From positions 34,968,001 to 35,032,000 of the forward strand of contig CM114271.1 in NCBI GenBank assembly GCA_050084515.1: a stretch of DNA of 64,000 bases, given 5' to 3'. Source of the stretch: Blasia pusilla (lineage: Eukaryota). Positions 24,826 to 37,849 of this stretch are shown piece after piece. The translations under genes were made by a program, and so were the position numbers. The notes under the pieces are model-generated. The model made no database searches. It was not told the DNA's origin and was given only the letters and a program-made list of their open reading frames with translations. The number at the start of each line of letters is the position of its first letter. The first letter of the stretch is position 1.

Positions 24826-27108
24826 GATACTCATTCCACTCTTTCTTTGTAGGGCACTTTGTTGCACTTTATTCATGAGGTATGGGGTTTGGCATACTTT
24901 CCAAAGTACGCGCCATTTGGATCAAGGTTTGGGGAGTTCTTTCGGAAATCAGAATATTTTTGATATCCTACAACTAGAAGGGTGATTCCATGTTTTGAAC
25001 CGGTTTTCAGACTAGCCAATTTCCCTCCTTCCGAAAATAAAACTAAAATTTCTGATTTTAGCTGGCTATGTTTATTTATTGGTTGGAATTTTATTTCAGC
25101 TAGTTTGGCGGCCTCATGCGGTGAGGCTCATTCTCCTATGATGTTAACATTTGGTCAACACATGGTATTTTTATGATAATTTCATGCCTTATTATTATTG
25201 GATCAACATAGTGAGAGTTTCTTGATTTGAAACACCACCTTTACTTGAAAATAAAATAACATTTCCATATCATTTCTTATTTTTATTTTCACATGCACGG
25301 AGGGTCTCGATGTTAGTACATGTCAAGTGCACAAAGATTTTAGGCTAATAAAGCATGAGAGCATAATTCGTCAAGCTTCTCTCCTCCTCGCGCAAGTACA
25401 TGTTTTGTTGAGTTCGCTTCTTCTTACCATGTGAAAAGCATACTTCTTTCACAACTTTCTGCCATTACATTTTTCTTTCAATTGTTTTTTAATGTTTTCT
25501 TAAACCAAACTAGGACAAAATGGTTAAAAAAATCATCAAACTTGACTTTTTAGTTTTGTTAAACTATCTTCTTTACTCGTTTTCTTTTAGCTTTGTAAAA
25601 AAATATAAGATTCACTCTTTTGTTCTAAAAAGAGTGACTCTATTACTTTCTATTACTATTTCCCTTCTACTACGTTTTTTTCCCATCTTGTAAGAAGAAT
25701 ATATATATCCATAGAAAATTTTATTTATATTTTAGAAAAGAACGAAAATATTGCACCAAAATATTGGAGGAAGAGGAGACTGGCACCAGATTTTTTTAAA
25801 TGAGGAAAAATTTTAAAAATTGTAAATGGAGGAGAAAAGGGAAAAAGGATTCTCTTTGTCAAAACAAAACATGGAGAAAATTCTCATATTCAGTAGGGAG
25901 GTCAGATTTGCAATGAATACAACATTCACCCAAAAGTTTTGTATGCCACATTTTCGTAATAACTGAAGTCCTAATAGTAATTTCATCTCAATTCTCACCT
26001 GAACAACCAGCAACTAATACTAGTTAACATGCCCATGTGAACTAAAACAATTTTTTATTAAATATAAAATTTCATTTCAAAATTTATTTATACATTTTAT
26101 TTTTAAAACTAAAGTGAATAATAATACTCCATTCTTCTAGATGATTTCATTTTCTGATTAAAATTTAAATAGTTCCCATTCCCTCCAATAATTTTATTCT
26201 TTCATAAAATTTTAAGTAATTTTTTTCCATGCCTTTGCTTCTCCTACCAACATAATATATATCAATTAAATTACAAATTAATTTCAATTGACTTACGAGA
26301 GAGGAAATTAAAATAATTTATTTTCCTTTCACTTTCCCATCCCAAAAATAGCAAATATGAATGAAACGACAAAATTGAAAATTTATTACTATCATGGCTT
26401 TTAATTTATTTGCATTTAAGGTCCCCATTTACAATATAAAAGATAATTCCAAAAAATAAGATTCCACAAAGGCAAAGTAACATTATACCACACCAAAAGG
26501 AGAAAGGAAATGCCATTTGAACTCCACTCATGTACTAATCTTCACCCTCCACTCATAATCATGTTGCCCAACATTTAAAAAAAAGTTGTTGTCAATAATA
26601 CTAGAACAGTTTTTCCTCCCCATACCAAATCAAGAAGCCATGGCACTCACTACACGAAGAACCATGAGCGCGAATCCACTCGTAACCACGGCAATCCCCA
26701 CTTCGCACAAGACAGAATTTGCTGCAATGTCGAAACACATCTGTTGCACAAAGCCTGGACATTGCTTCGCTTATAAATAGAACAAAAATAATATACATCT
26801 GTCATCAAACTTGACATGCGTGCCCGATCGGCAACAGAGTAGGATCAACTAAATTACAGATGTCAATAAGCCCATCCATCCACAGCGATCTTCGCACCGC
26901 TTGCTTCCTGTACAACGTATACCTCCCCCCCGATTCATTTCATTTCGCTGCAGCTTTCGCCATTCATTCATTCATTCCTTCGAGGCGGATCTGACGTGGG
27001 GGGGGGTGCAAACCCCATGATCATGATCTGCGCATTACAATGCTCTTGTTCCCGCACAAAAAGTCGGCACCTCTCCAACGCAGCTTGGCAATCCCGTGCG
27101 AGACGAGG

Positions 27109-30100
27109 CTACGTTACCCTCAAGCGGTTGAAAGTGGTGGCCAAGGATGAAGTGCGAAATTGTGACGCTTTTGGCTGCCACAGCTTCCAAAGTCGATCGT
27201 GGCTGGCTGTGACTAAAAATTCTGCCGTAGGAGACCAGGCAGCGTCGAAGACATGATCACTGTGCGAGCTGTTCAACAAACATGCCGACCGTACAGCCAT
27301 CAGCCAACGGATAGATAAGCATGGATAAACAAATCAGGAGTCAACGCATTTCCCGAAACAGATAGCTCTCTGTTTGGGGTTCAACCACCAGCGGTGTTCT
27401 GTGCTTCTGGTTGCGAGTCTCCTTCCGTCTCCTATGTTTCATGTGGCGCCAGCCTTTTGAGACCGTGATGGGGAGCCACCAAGATCGAGATACGAGGGGC
27501 ACGAGTTCATGGCACGAACTGTAGAGAGGCTTGGACCATGAAATCCGTTTTCACCAGTCGAAAGACGGCAAAACCTGATCAAGAGCAAAGGAGAGGCCAT
27601 AATTACCTCAGAACGTTGAGGCACTCAAAAGTGGCCGTATTGAAGAGTCGAACAGTTGTGTCTCCGGAGGTTGTGGCCAGCAATTTTCCAAATGGTGAAA
27701 AGGTTACCCTTTTCACCTCTCCGGAATGTTCTTGCAAAACAGCTAGGAGGTTCCCCATTCGCAAATCCCAGACACGGCACGTTTTATCGTCACTCCCAGT
27801 AGCGAGAAGAGTGCCAGAGTCATCAATATCCACTCCAATTACATCTTCCTGGTGGCCCCGCAGTGTTTGGACATCCTCTGCTGATCGTGGATCCCATAGC
27901 TTTGCTGTAAAATCAAAGGAAGCGGTTGCAACAAGGTGTCCGAAGGGTTGAAAGCAGACTCCATAAACCCCATTCCGATGACCCTGTGGATTCAATTCTA
28001 AACATGTTAGTCGACATGGTATCAGCAATGACGTTCCAGGAGTGCTCGTTAAATTGATAACCGTCTTGCTGTTCTGGCCATTACATGATTCTCAAGTTAC
28101 ACGGCTCTAATGCCACGGAGTGTATTTCTGGCTGTAAAAGAAGAAACAGACGCAAAGATTTGGGTTACTACAGTACACATTTGAACATATCAACCAGGTT
28201 TTATCTCATGTCTGCTTGTAAGCATCCGTGATCTCATAGAACGAAAAGCTTGGTCAATTCAAACCATACCAGGTAATCCCAACTACATTCCTTGGTTGGA
28301 ATTTTATTCATTCATATTTCATGTAACATATGCTTTGGTTGTGTGATCCACTGGCGAAAATGCAATATCATTACATGAGAGATCACACGGATACGGAGAA
28401 GTAAGAAAGATTTGACGTCAAACAACATACATTCGGGTGATTTTCTTCAGAGTCCCCTACGTCGACTTTCAAATTTATTGACTAGCCCCATCTTCTGATC
28501 GATGATGCACCTCAAAAACGGTTACCTTGGCCAGGAGGCAACCATTCTGAAAGTGAGGGTCATGGCAAGACCAAACATTGGATACTCGCAGTAACAGGGG
28601 TGAAAAGAAACCGCTTCATTAAGCTACCCCATGTCGGATCCACAAGACTGTTATTACCAGCTAACTCGTGGTGCAGAGATGTACAGCTACACGAAGAGGA
28701 CACTAGATTGTTCGTGCACAATAGATTGAGGAAAGACTTACTTTTAAGGTTATAACAGAGATGCCTTTCTCTGCATCCCAGATCATGCTGCACTTGTCAT
28801 CTGATGCTGTGGCAAGTAGATGCGTTCCCTGCTTGAAAGAAAGCCCATTGACCTACGAACGCACACAAGCCAATCCAAGATTGTTAGTACTGACCATTGC
28901 TAGCATCCCACAGAATTTTGCTACACAAAATGAAATCTAGCCTTACCGGGCATCACAGGAGTCGGACCCCAATAGACCACCGAAGGCATTCCACAGAATT
29001 TTCTTGAACAAGGCAATTGCTTCCAGACTTCTCTTCATCCAAGTAGCCATAGCACCCTACCGCTTTCTTAAGTATCTATCTAAAGGATGAAACACCAAGC
29101 CTATACATTCCTTGTTGGGCCCAACTAAGATATTCTAACATGCACGTAGCTCTTCAGCTAACTTCATGATACTACTCGACAAAAGAGACCCAGGTAAACC
29201 ACAAGGTCATGAACAAGTGCAAGGTAAAGAGAATACTATCGTATTGCGATCATGATAAATTACCTCATCAGTGTGACCTTCAAGGATGCGCAGACATTCC
29301 CCTGTATCTGTATTCCATAAGCGGCATGTTTGATCGGAACTCACAGTACCCACTAAATCACGCTTGGCAGGGGAAAACTTGACTGCGTAAAGACCTAAAA
29401 GATGCCCTGATAGCACAGATACTTCCTCTTCCAATTGAATGTCGTACACTCTGCATGAATGGTCCCAGGATGCTGTAGCCACCAGATTCCCAGACGGGCT
29501 TACCGCAATACCATGTACCGGACCAGAGTGCATGGAGAATGTATGGCCTAGTTCCCATTTTCCGGCTGCTAACCTCTCTTCCACTTTCAAGGGCGGCCGC
29601 CTTGGGCCCCGTGCCAAACTTAATCCTGTCTCAATTGTATTACATGACAACTCTGCATAGCTCACGCTAGGATGATATGCAGTCCCATTGCTATCTATGT
29701 CTACATCAAAACCTGGAAATGTCCCTTCTCCACCGTAGGTCATGTCATTCTCAACTTCCCAAACAGTGTTGCTCTCTGGGATGCTACTCCGAACATTTGG
29801 GCGGAGCCTTACATCTAGGGCCTGCTTCAGTCTAATATTTTCTTCGGAGAGAGACTGTACTTGAGCGGAGAGTTCTTGTTTCAGTTTCTCCAGCTTCGCC
29901 ACCTGAACCTTCAGCTTGGCTCGTTCAACTACGACTTGTTGCCAACGCTCTGCCACTTTTCCAAGCACAAACTTCACCTGCACATCTTCCTCATCACTGC
30001 CACTTTTTGGCAGGCAAGTGGGTACCCCTGGCCTTTCATTACTGATACCCTCGCCAGTTTTTTCTCTTTTAGATTCGGACCTTTCAGTGTGGTCGCTATT

Positions 30101-31608
30101 TGCAGAGCTTCCCTTCTGTATTGCTCCTTTCTGCTTTCCACCGATCTGGGCATCTCCAATTACACTGTCCTCAGTTTGAAATCCCAAACTGCACACCCAA
30201 GTTCAATCCCCGTATTACAATTTCAATTCCACCCACAGACTTTGACATATGAGATTCATCAGGAGTTCAGGCCGACGTTAAGAGCCGTCTTGAGATAATT
30301 CAATCGCATCCACATCTCAGTCAGTTATCTCCCTATCATTATAGACCTTAAAGCTGCTGGCTTCATGTTCAACGACCAAAGCTTCATGCTCGAAGAAATG
30401 ATGATCTACAAGCTGAGATTCGTTGTCCGAGGAAACCCAACATACATGGCTGGCAGGCTAGAAATCAAATCGAGACGTGTATCTAACGAAGGAACTATTA
30501 AGGTGAACCAACTTCTTTGACTACTTCTGATACTTCTCTCCTTGGCTTCATCCTTTTGATCTCGCGTCTCTTAGACACGCTGTGAATAAAATCAAAATCA
30601 AAACTGAAGTATCACACGTCTGGATGTCTGCTCACAAACGCTACGGCAGTTGCGATTGGGAGTAGTACATAGCTCCAAGCTGTCAGACCAGTTGCGTAAA
30701 CCAGACGCAGGCGAACAAGAAAGAAGAACTAGGTCATTAATTCGCATCTCAAAGCTCCAACTTGTCCATTTTCCTACCCTCATAGAAAATGTCCAAACAA
30801 AGAGACGTTAGTGGTACTAAGACGCCTCAAAAACGGATAGCTTCGCGAGGAGGCTCATCATCAGTGCACACGAAATAAGCCCACAAACAATCCACATCCC
30901 TCCATCCCCGATCTCTCCCAGTTGGGTGCTCCCGTCTGACTAGGCTAATTCAATTCCTCAGAATCCAATGTCCTCCTCTAAATGGTTATCTATCTCATTG
31001 GCCTTCAGAACGTGTTAAGATTTCCCCCATGTCGATCGAGTTCGGAGTTCGATGGCACGGGTACCATTGAAAGGCAGCCTCAATCCTAGGCGTAGCCGAG
31101 TGGACATCCCCCATCTCAGAGCCAAATATCAACTCTGCTTTGGTGGGTCGTGGCCCGTGTGCTCACCTTTGCTCCGCGCTAAGCGTCTAAATCTACTTTC
31201 TGACACAATCAGCCCAAATTCTGTCATGGTAGACTTTTCAGGCCTCGACGCTCGTGATGAGATATTTCCACACTCACTGGACTGCAAAATCATGTCGTCA
31301 GAAACTCTCTCTGTCCATACATACCAAGACGACAGCAAATCGGCCTCCCCACTCTCAAGTTTGTCATCGAGAGCGTACGATGGAGATTGGATGCCCGAAT
31401 CGTGGTCGTAAAGAGGTATTAGAGCCGACGGAGTGGAAATTGAATGTCGGCAGACTGGGCACGGTGCATCACTCCGAAACCAAATCGCAGCACACGGAGC
31501 GCAGAAAACATGGCCGCAAGGGGTTATTCGAGCCTGAGAGCCACCTTCCTGATCCGACGCGCGCTCAAAGCAGATTTTGCAGGTGAGGCCCATGATCGTC
31601 AATTCCAT
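27109..31608 (-). CDS. RING(C3HC4)-coiled-coil-7xWD40 protein, putative E3 ligase; exons 31608-31325, 30188-29264, 28852-28742, 27983-27607, 27268-27109 (618 aa)
   Basis: Seven canonical H..WD repeats over four in-phase exons, coiled coil ERWQQVVVERAKLKVQVAKLEKLKQEL, and RING CKIC..CGHVFCAPC..CPVC. The TG|GTATGT donor (phase 2) fits the GTGCAG|T acceptor at 30188. The WD40 part is secure; the RING join and any extra small exons are inferred. Confidence 0.75.
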
Positions 31609-32118
31609 TCAACCTTCATCAAAGCAGTCGCCTTTCCCCGCCAATTTGACCCACTGACGCTACCGATCAATATCCTTCGCCTCCATCCCCAAAGAACGAA
31701 TGAACTCTCATTTCGATCCCATCGCTGGCGCATTTGAACCTGCGACGACAACCTAGACCTCCTCCCTCAAGTCCAGATAGCCAGATTCTGCCCCAGAGCG
31801 CGCTCCCAATAACCCATGCACACGCAAAAACCTCGCAACTCAAACTTCAGCGACCCGCCCGCCTCCCCACACCAAACGAATCGAGAAGGCCGTGATGTGC
31901 ACCACTGCAACGGCGTGCAACCACAGACCCACACAAAGGAGGATCCATCTCCCTCCCCATCCCTTCCGACGCGGCAATGACACAAATTCAAGAGGCCCAC
32001 AAGCATCACAGTTGCCTGGAGATCAGACCAAGTCGTGAGCAACGACCGAAAGCGTCAGACCCAAGCCATACTACCCCGGAACGCAGAGGTGGCAAGAGGC
32101 GGAACATTCCTCGTCTTT
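30972..32118. repeat. Segmental duplication copy 1 (RING exon, upstream region, start of intron); copy 2 at 42116-43268
   Basis: Collinear same-orientation similarity over ~1.15 kb, for example TAGCCGAGTGGAC, GCATCACTCCGAAACCAAA and CATTTGAACCTGCG. Confidence 0.9.
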
Positions 32119-34063
32119 TGACGACAGCACAAGTAGTAGGTCAGGCTGAAATCCGGGCGGGTTGGATTGAAACAGGACTTGGAGCGTCGGCTGTCTGCTT
32201 GGGATGCGGGCGGGAGAAGAATGTTGAATGGGATGAAGAGATGCGTTGCGGGCGGGGCGGAGAGAGAGAGCCGGGGGAACATTGACAAGAAGATGGAGGT
32301 GGTGGTCTAAGACGATGAATTGGCGACGAGTGCAAAATGGAAGCACACTATTAGCTAGTAGTCAAGGTGCGTGACGCTCCAGAGTGTCCACACACAACCG
32401 ACTCCTCCAAATCATGCACGTTTTCGCCATTTTGTTCGTAGCCCCTTCCTTGCCCTCTTTCCTGACTTTCCTTCCTTTCTTTCTTTCCTTCTTTGTATCT
32501 ATCTATCTATCTATCCATCTACCCACAAGGCGGACAGCAGCAGGCGAATCTCCACCAGTCCGAGCTTCCTCTCCCCAGCTCTGTCTTCTCGGCTGGCTTC
32601 GTTACACGCATCCATCCCAGACATCGCCTTCAGTCTATATACCTGCTCCCCGAATCAACAATGCGAAAACCATTTGTGACACGCAAAGTGCAGTACAGGC
32701 TCGTCCCTAACAGCCGGGTCTCGGCTTACACTGTCGTTAAAGCACTAGACCTTTCGGCACTTGTTGGGGCCCGGTCTATCGATCCGCCTGCGTTTCAGAC
32801 TAGCTGCTCTGCAAGCAAACCACCCGGATTTATATTTATCACATACCATGTATCCGTACTTCGGCTGCTTCCTCTCCACGATCAGGATTCTCAAAATCCA
32901 CCACCGATTCCCAGGCAGACTTGGTGAACTTTTTTCCCATGCAACCCTTTACGTCATGACCTGGTGTGGCCTTTTTAGTGTCGGCGGATGCAGAGTATGC
33001 AGATCCGACATGTAGTGCTTTGTTGTTAGGCCCGTTTTGGTCAACATTCAATCCTTTTCCTTGATCTACCTGCCTTGTCATCTAGTTACACGGATTCCCA
33101 GGTCGGCCTGGGCCTTTCCAAGCGTCGTGCCCTCCCTCTATCTGTCTGCTGTCTTTCTCGACAAAGTGGTTAGACACCGCACTTGGCCGGTGGAGTGTGC
33201 AAAGCGCATTGACACTGCATATGTTTGGCCATTTGGAGTTGCACCAGGTGTCTACATCTTGCGTTGGGAAGACCGAGCTCCTAGATTCAGGGCCACTTCT
33301 CCGGTATTCGTTGGGTGGATGGTCCCGACTCGCTATGTTTGGCCCCTCCATGCAGGGAAAAGTTCCCACAATGGTGCAATATTGCTCCACAATGTGACCC
33401 AAAACATGTGCTCCACAATGTGACCCATAACGGTTTGGTTGGGGCAATGCAGCCGTCCGATGGCTCACGGGATTGTCAGGCCTCGAAAACTCTGTTCTCT
33501 GAAAGTTTGCTTTAGCAGTAATGGCACAATGAGTGGGGCTTTCTTCCTGAATCGCTGTAGGTCTCACTGAAAATGGAACCCCTTTCTTTGTCTGATCGCA
33601 CTTCTAATTACTGCACGCAAACTCTTGCAGCCCTCCTGGCTGCGGAACACCCACGAGTGTCATTCGATCAGTACATGTTCAGAGTTGTTACCTTCGTTTG
33701 GTACGAGTTTGGCACGAGTTAGGAGGAACCCATGGCAAAGGAGGGAATTTGGAAGTCCATCCTCAAGACACTTGCCACACCCATATGAACGAACCAGTTA
33801 CAAAGAGGGAGATAGACCGACCAGTGTACTAGAATCGGAGTTTACGAAAACAGCTAATACTTCACAATGTCATGAATGCCTGACATAAGTTTTGATGCCC
33901 GAAAACGCAATGCATGTTCCAAGTACTGCGAGATAGAAGGCATGATGTGGTACTCCGTGAAAGACTTCATAGGAAGAAAGGTACATGTGTGGAGGCGTCA
34001 TCTATCCGCTGCTGAAAACCTTATATTCGACATGTCCGCAGACCTGATTTTTGACAGTTACCA

Positions 34064-36787
34064 TTATGCATTGTTGGAGACCTGTGGCATATTGTGCAGG
34101 TGCCAGCCGAAACCGGATCCAATCTGGTGATCTAGTAATGACAAACACCAAGCCCTTTCTTGGGCATCTGCAAGTACAGGACCTTCAATTGTGAGCACAA
34201 ACAGAAAACAAGTCGGGAGGAATCATGACGAAGCACACAAGAAGACACGGAAAGTATCTCAGTTGTAAGATTGTCTTTGCGGTCTACCCTTACAACCCAA
34301 GAATACATCGCTGTAGCAGTCTATGCACTTGCGATCCATCGTTGCTCCAGTTCCGTATCTATATTATATTAGAGAGTGCCCCTTCATTTTTCAAACCCTT
34401 CTCAACCAATCATTCAAAATTGCTTTAAAATGCCACATAACCATTTTGGGAGCTAAGTAAACATCAGTCATTTAAACCCGAGTACCCACAGGCGTACACT
34501 AGTCTAAATTATGAGAAACATCTGGCAAAAGACATGTGTGATATTAGAAAAGAGGTCACCTTTGCTGTGTTGGCATAGTTGACACGACCAATCTACACAA
34601 CAATTGCTGGAGGATACCTCCGCCGTTCTTTCTCCAATGGTTTTCACATAAGATTCAAGGAGAGAACATTCCGCTAAAGCCGCTGCAAGAAGTATGGGGG
34701 CTAGATTCCACCATAAATTCTTCTCTTCTTCCAGCAATTTCTGCAGGTAACCTTCAACCTCCTCTTTTGTGTTCCGGGACATAACTCCTTCAGGCACTGT
34801 CAGCTGAGGTGCCTCCTTGCCCTTCCAGCAATCTTGAAATCTGTTGGGCATACCTTCTTTGGATTTCTTTGAAGACTTGCAGTGTGGATGCAGGAGCATC
34901 CTAGGTATTTCCTTCCATCTAGGTGATGCCAAAAACAAGCAGCAAAGCTCCTGTTTGGATAACACCATCCACACAAACCAACCCCCTCATCTTAAGCAAC
35001 ATCTATTGAAGAAGGAAAAGGAAAGGTCCGTGGAGAACTAGTAGTAGTTCTACCAATAGCCTTGCTGATAAATTCTGCAGTAGTGACGAACATGAGGGTA
35101 GTGAAGATAAGCACACATGATACCCGAGAGCGAAAGTATACTCACAGCAACCTGAGTCTTTATGCCAGTTCGACCTTCTGTTTGAAAGCGATTTTGCAAA
35201 GAGTCAAGTACTTCAGCCCATTGTGGCTGACTTGAACTGAAGATTAAGGTTGCTCCAGATAATTTGTGAAGTGTTTCTGCAGAAGTGATGTACATGATGC
35301 CTTTATTGGCCCATTCTTCCAAAACACAGACTTCAGAACCTGACAGTGCAGAACCACCTTCAGTATATAGACATTCAAAATGGAATGGGCAAGGACTCAT
35401 GCATTCACTCTGGGAATCAAGAAGTGTGGTGATTGTGGCTCTGAGTTCTGATACGACATTTCCTTAATCAAAGAACAAGAGATAAATCCATGCCCTTTGA
35501 TAGACACAGATCAGCAAAACTGTGATCTAAGTGTATACTGTTTTGGTGAGTGTACAAACAAATACTAGCTGCTTCAAAACATTATGGCCATACCTACAGG
35601 CCCTGACGAATCATTCCATATGTCCACTTTTGTGGTCTCGTCTTCACATATGGCGGTACTCGACCAAGCTGCCACATTGGCAGCCTCCTGGAGAGACTTC
35701 ACACACCCAAAAGCCAAACATCTGACAGACATTTCACTTATAACTATCTCCCATAGATCCTCAAATTCAATCTCGTCTGAGTCAACGACATCGGCAAGCA
35801 GCCAAGCATTCTGCGCTGGCACTGCTTGCACAATCATTCGCACCAATAGGCTCCTTGAATTTGCCAAGACTGTAGATGATATTGTGGTGATGCCCTGATT
35901 GAATTTGACAAACAAAAGTAACAATAAGAAACTGGGATATTCCATTCTTAGCCTCACCCTCGTCTCTCCATCACAATGGGACACATTCATAGAGTTACAT
36001 TTAACTCGATTCCCTCATATTTTCAGGATCACATCATAGGCGACCATTCCGTCATCTTCTCAGTCTAGCAAATGAATTTCATAGCTTGAAAGGAGGACCA
36101 CCTGTCTTACAATAGATCTACATTAGAAATTTTGCAGATGTTGATGTGGCATTCAGTGACTGCGGCTTCAGAAAGCAGCAACATATTAAAGAGCCATGAA
36201 ATAACAAGCCTCTGAAAAGCAAAAGGCTTTGGCTATTTCACAACTTCTACAAATCTTCTTCTAATTTGGTCAGAACTTGAGTACTTTCCATAACAGATAC
36301 ATACCGGAGGCAAAGGAACATTCTCAAGAAGCTCCACTAAGGCCGAATCAAGTGCCAGCCTTGATTCATTCCCATCATCTCCAAGGGGCAGAGTGTTTAG
36401 AACCTGTGGATTTAAAACACATGTCAAGAAAGTAGAAAAAGGACATCATTGTAGTTACATCACATCGTAAAGAGAAATCAGTTTCCTGCCTGTTCAGCAG
36501 ATAAAGGCTCAGTTCACAGGCACTTCAAGCTGATTCAATTACTTTTGCAGCTACCAATCACAAATCCAAATTCTTTGTCCTCAAACAACAATGGCATAAA
36601 GCACCATGAAGGCCCACACCTGTTCCAAGTAAAATGCCCACCCAAGAGCATTGTGCAAACTCCGAGAATTCCACTTTGCTGGGATTCCATCAGACTGAAA
36701 CCCCGAGGCCAGAATCAGCATGTCAAGAAAAGCACCCACTTGCTGAACAAATTGCCCAAGCCCCACAATTGGATGAAACCACTTCAT
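34064..36787 (-). CDS. FANCF: Fanconi anemia group F protein homolog; exons 36787-36620, 36403-36305, 35894-35594, 35462-35146, 34950-34560, 34167-34064 (459 aa)
   Basis: The N-terminus MKWFHP..FLDMLILASGFQSDGIPAKWNSRSLHNALGWAFYLEQV, the internal LSGATLIFSSSQPQWAEV and the C-terminal ERAWCL match plant FANCF motifs as recalled. All six exons join in frame at GT-AG. Confidence 0.85.
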
Positions 36788-37849
36788 CTTAACTCAGTGT
36801 AGCTCGATTTCCCAATCAGACAACCGACCTCATCCTCAATGATAGCCCAAATGAAAAAAGACACCAAAGGAGGCTCTTTATCACTCTCAAAGCCAAAAGT
36901 CACATCCATCGTGTAACATTCTAGAACAAACAGCCTGCAACGATTCCAGCAGCAGAGCAGCTTCGATGGATGGTTCCACCCTACGCGATGGCATTTTCCA
37001 GTCCAATGCAAAGCCACCCACTTCTTACATAGAGCCTCTCTCCACCTTCATGCACAGACTCCGTCTCCAGTTAATTGAAACCAGAAAGGGGTTGGCCTCC
37101 AGAACCTCTTCCTTTTGAACTGCATTGTTGCCTGAAGAGACTGTACTCATGACGTAGTGCCTGTCATCCCCTGAAGAGAAAGCGAGAGCAAGACAGAGAA
37201 TGAATCATTGAAGTGATTTATTATCAATTGGGAGACCCAAAAAGACCTGGGATTTCAATTTGCAAAAGTGGAACAAGGTATAGTTCAACAAGGCAAGAAC
37301 AAGGCATAAACTGTACTCATTACGTAGTGCCTGCTGTAGCCTTGCAAACATAGACCCCGCCCTGATTCGATAGCACTAAAGACTGAGAGTGAACAAGGCA
37401 CACTATGAGATGATGGAGAGTCTCTCATTTAGTGTGAGTGCCGACCATACAAAGGATTGGTGCAGAAGTTCCAAGTATCAACCAAGGAGCTCTTTACAAC
37501 ACCATCTACCTTACCAGATTGGGAACCCCAATACATGTTACATGCCAGTGCAGTAGGTCTGGGCAGTGAAACTAGGCTACTGAACATGTTGAACATTTCT
37601 GGTGTTTACCAGGTTAGCAATATCAGTTAAGGCTCTTGCTCTTTGTGTTATGAATTTTTCAGTGTCAAGTAGTGACTCGACGTTTCACCCCAATCATCAC
37701 AAAAGGTTAAATATTTCAGTGGTGTTCCCATCATCTTTCTTTTATGGTTCAAGGGCCTCCACCTGTCCTGAACTTGAACCTGAGGCAGATTCTAAAACAA
37801 GGGGTCACCTGCAAATAGTTCTGCTGGTTAAGCATATACCGTCAATAGA

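Noticed and set aside
29860-29975. Striatin-like N-terminal coiled coil (W..ERA.L..Q.A.L)
   Set aside because: The resemblance is short and could be generic heptad composition. No other striatin features were seen.
30347-30387. Alternative short first exon (MKLWSLNMKPAALS) for the WD40 gene
   Set aside because: In phase, but the donor (GTCTAT) is weak. The RING exon is the better candidate.
31129-31608. Stand-alone 159-aa RING protein
   Set aside because: A strong in-phase donor at 31325 links it to the WD40 exons, so the C-terminal 65 codons are probably intron read-through. Not fully excluded without transcripts.
32371-33567. Several overlapping 100-160-aa ORFs between the RING gene and FANCF
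   Set aside because: No recognisable domain or consistent exon structure. Partly microsatellite-derived.
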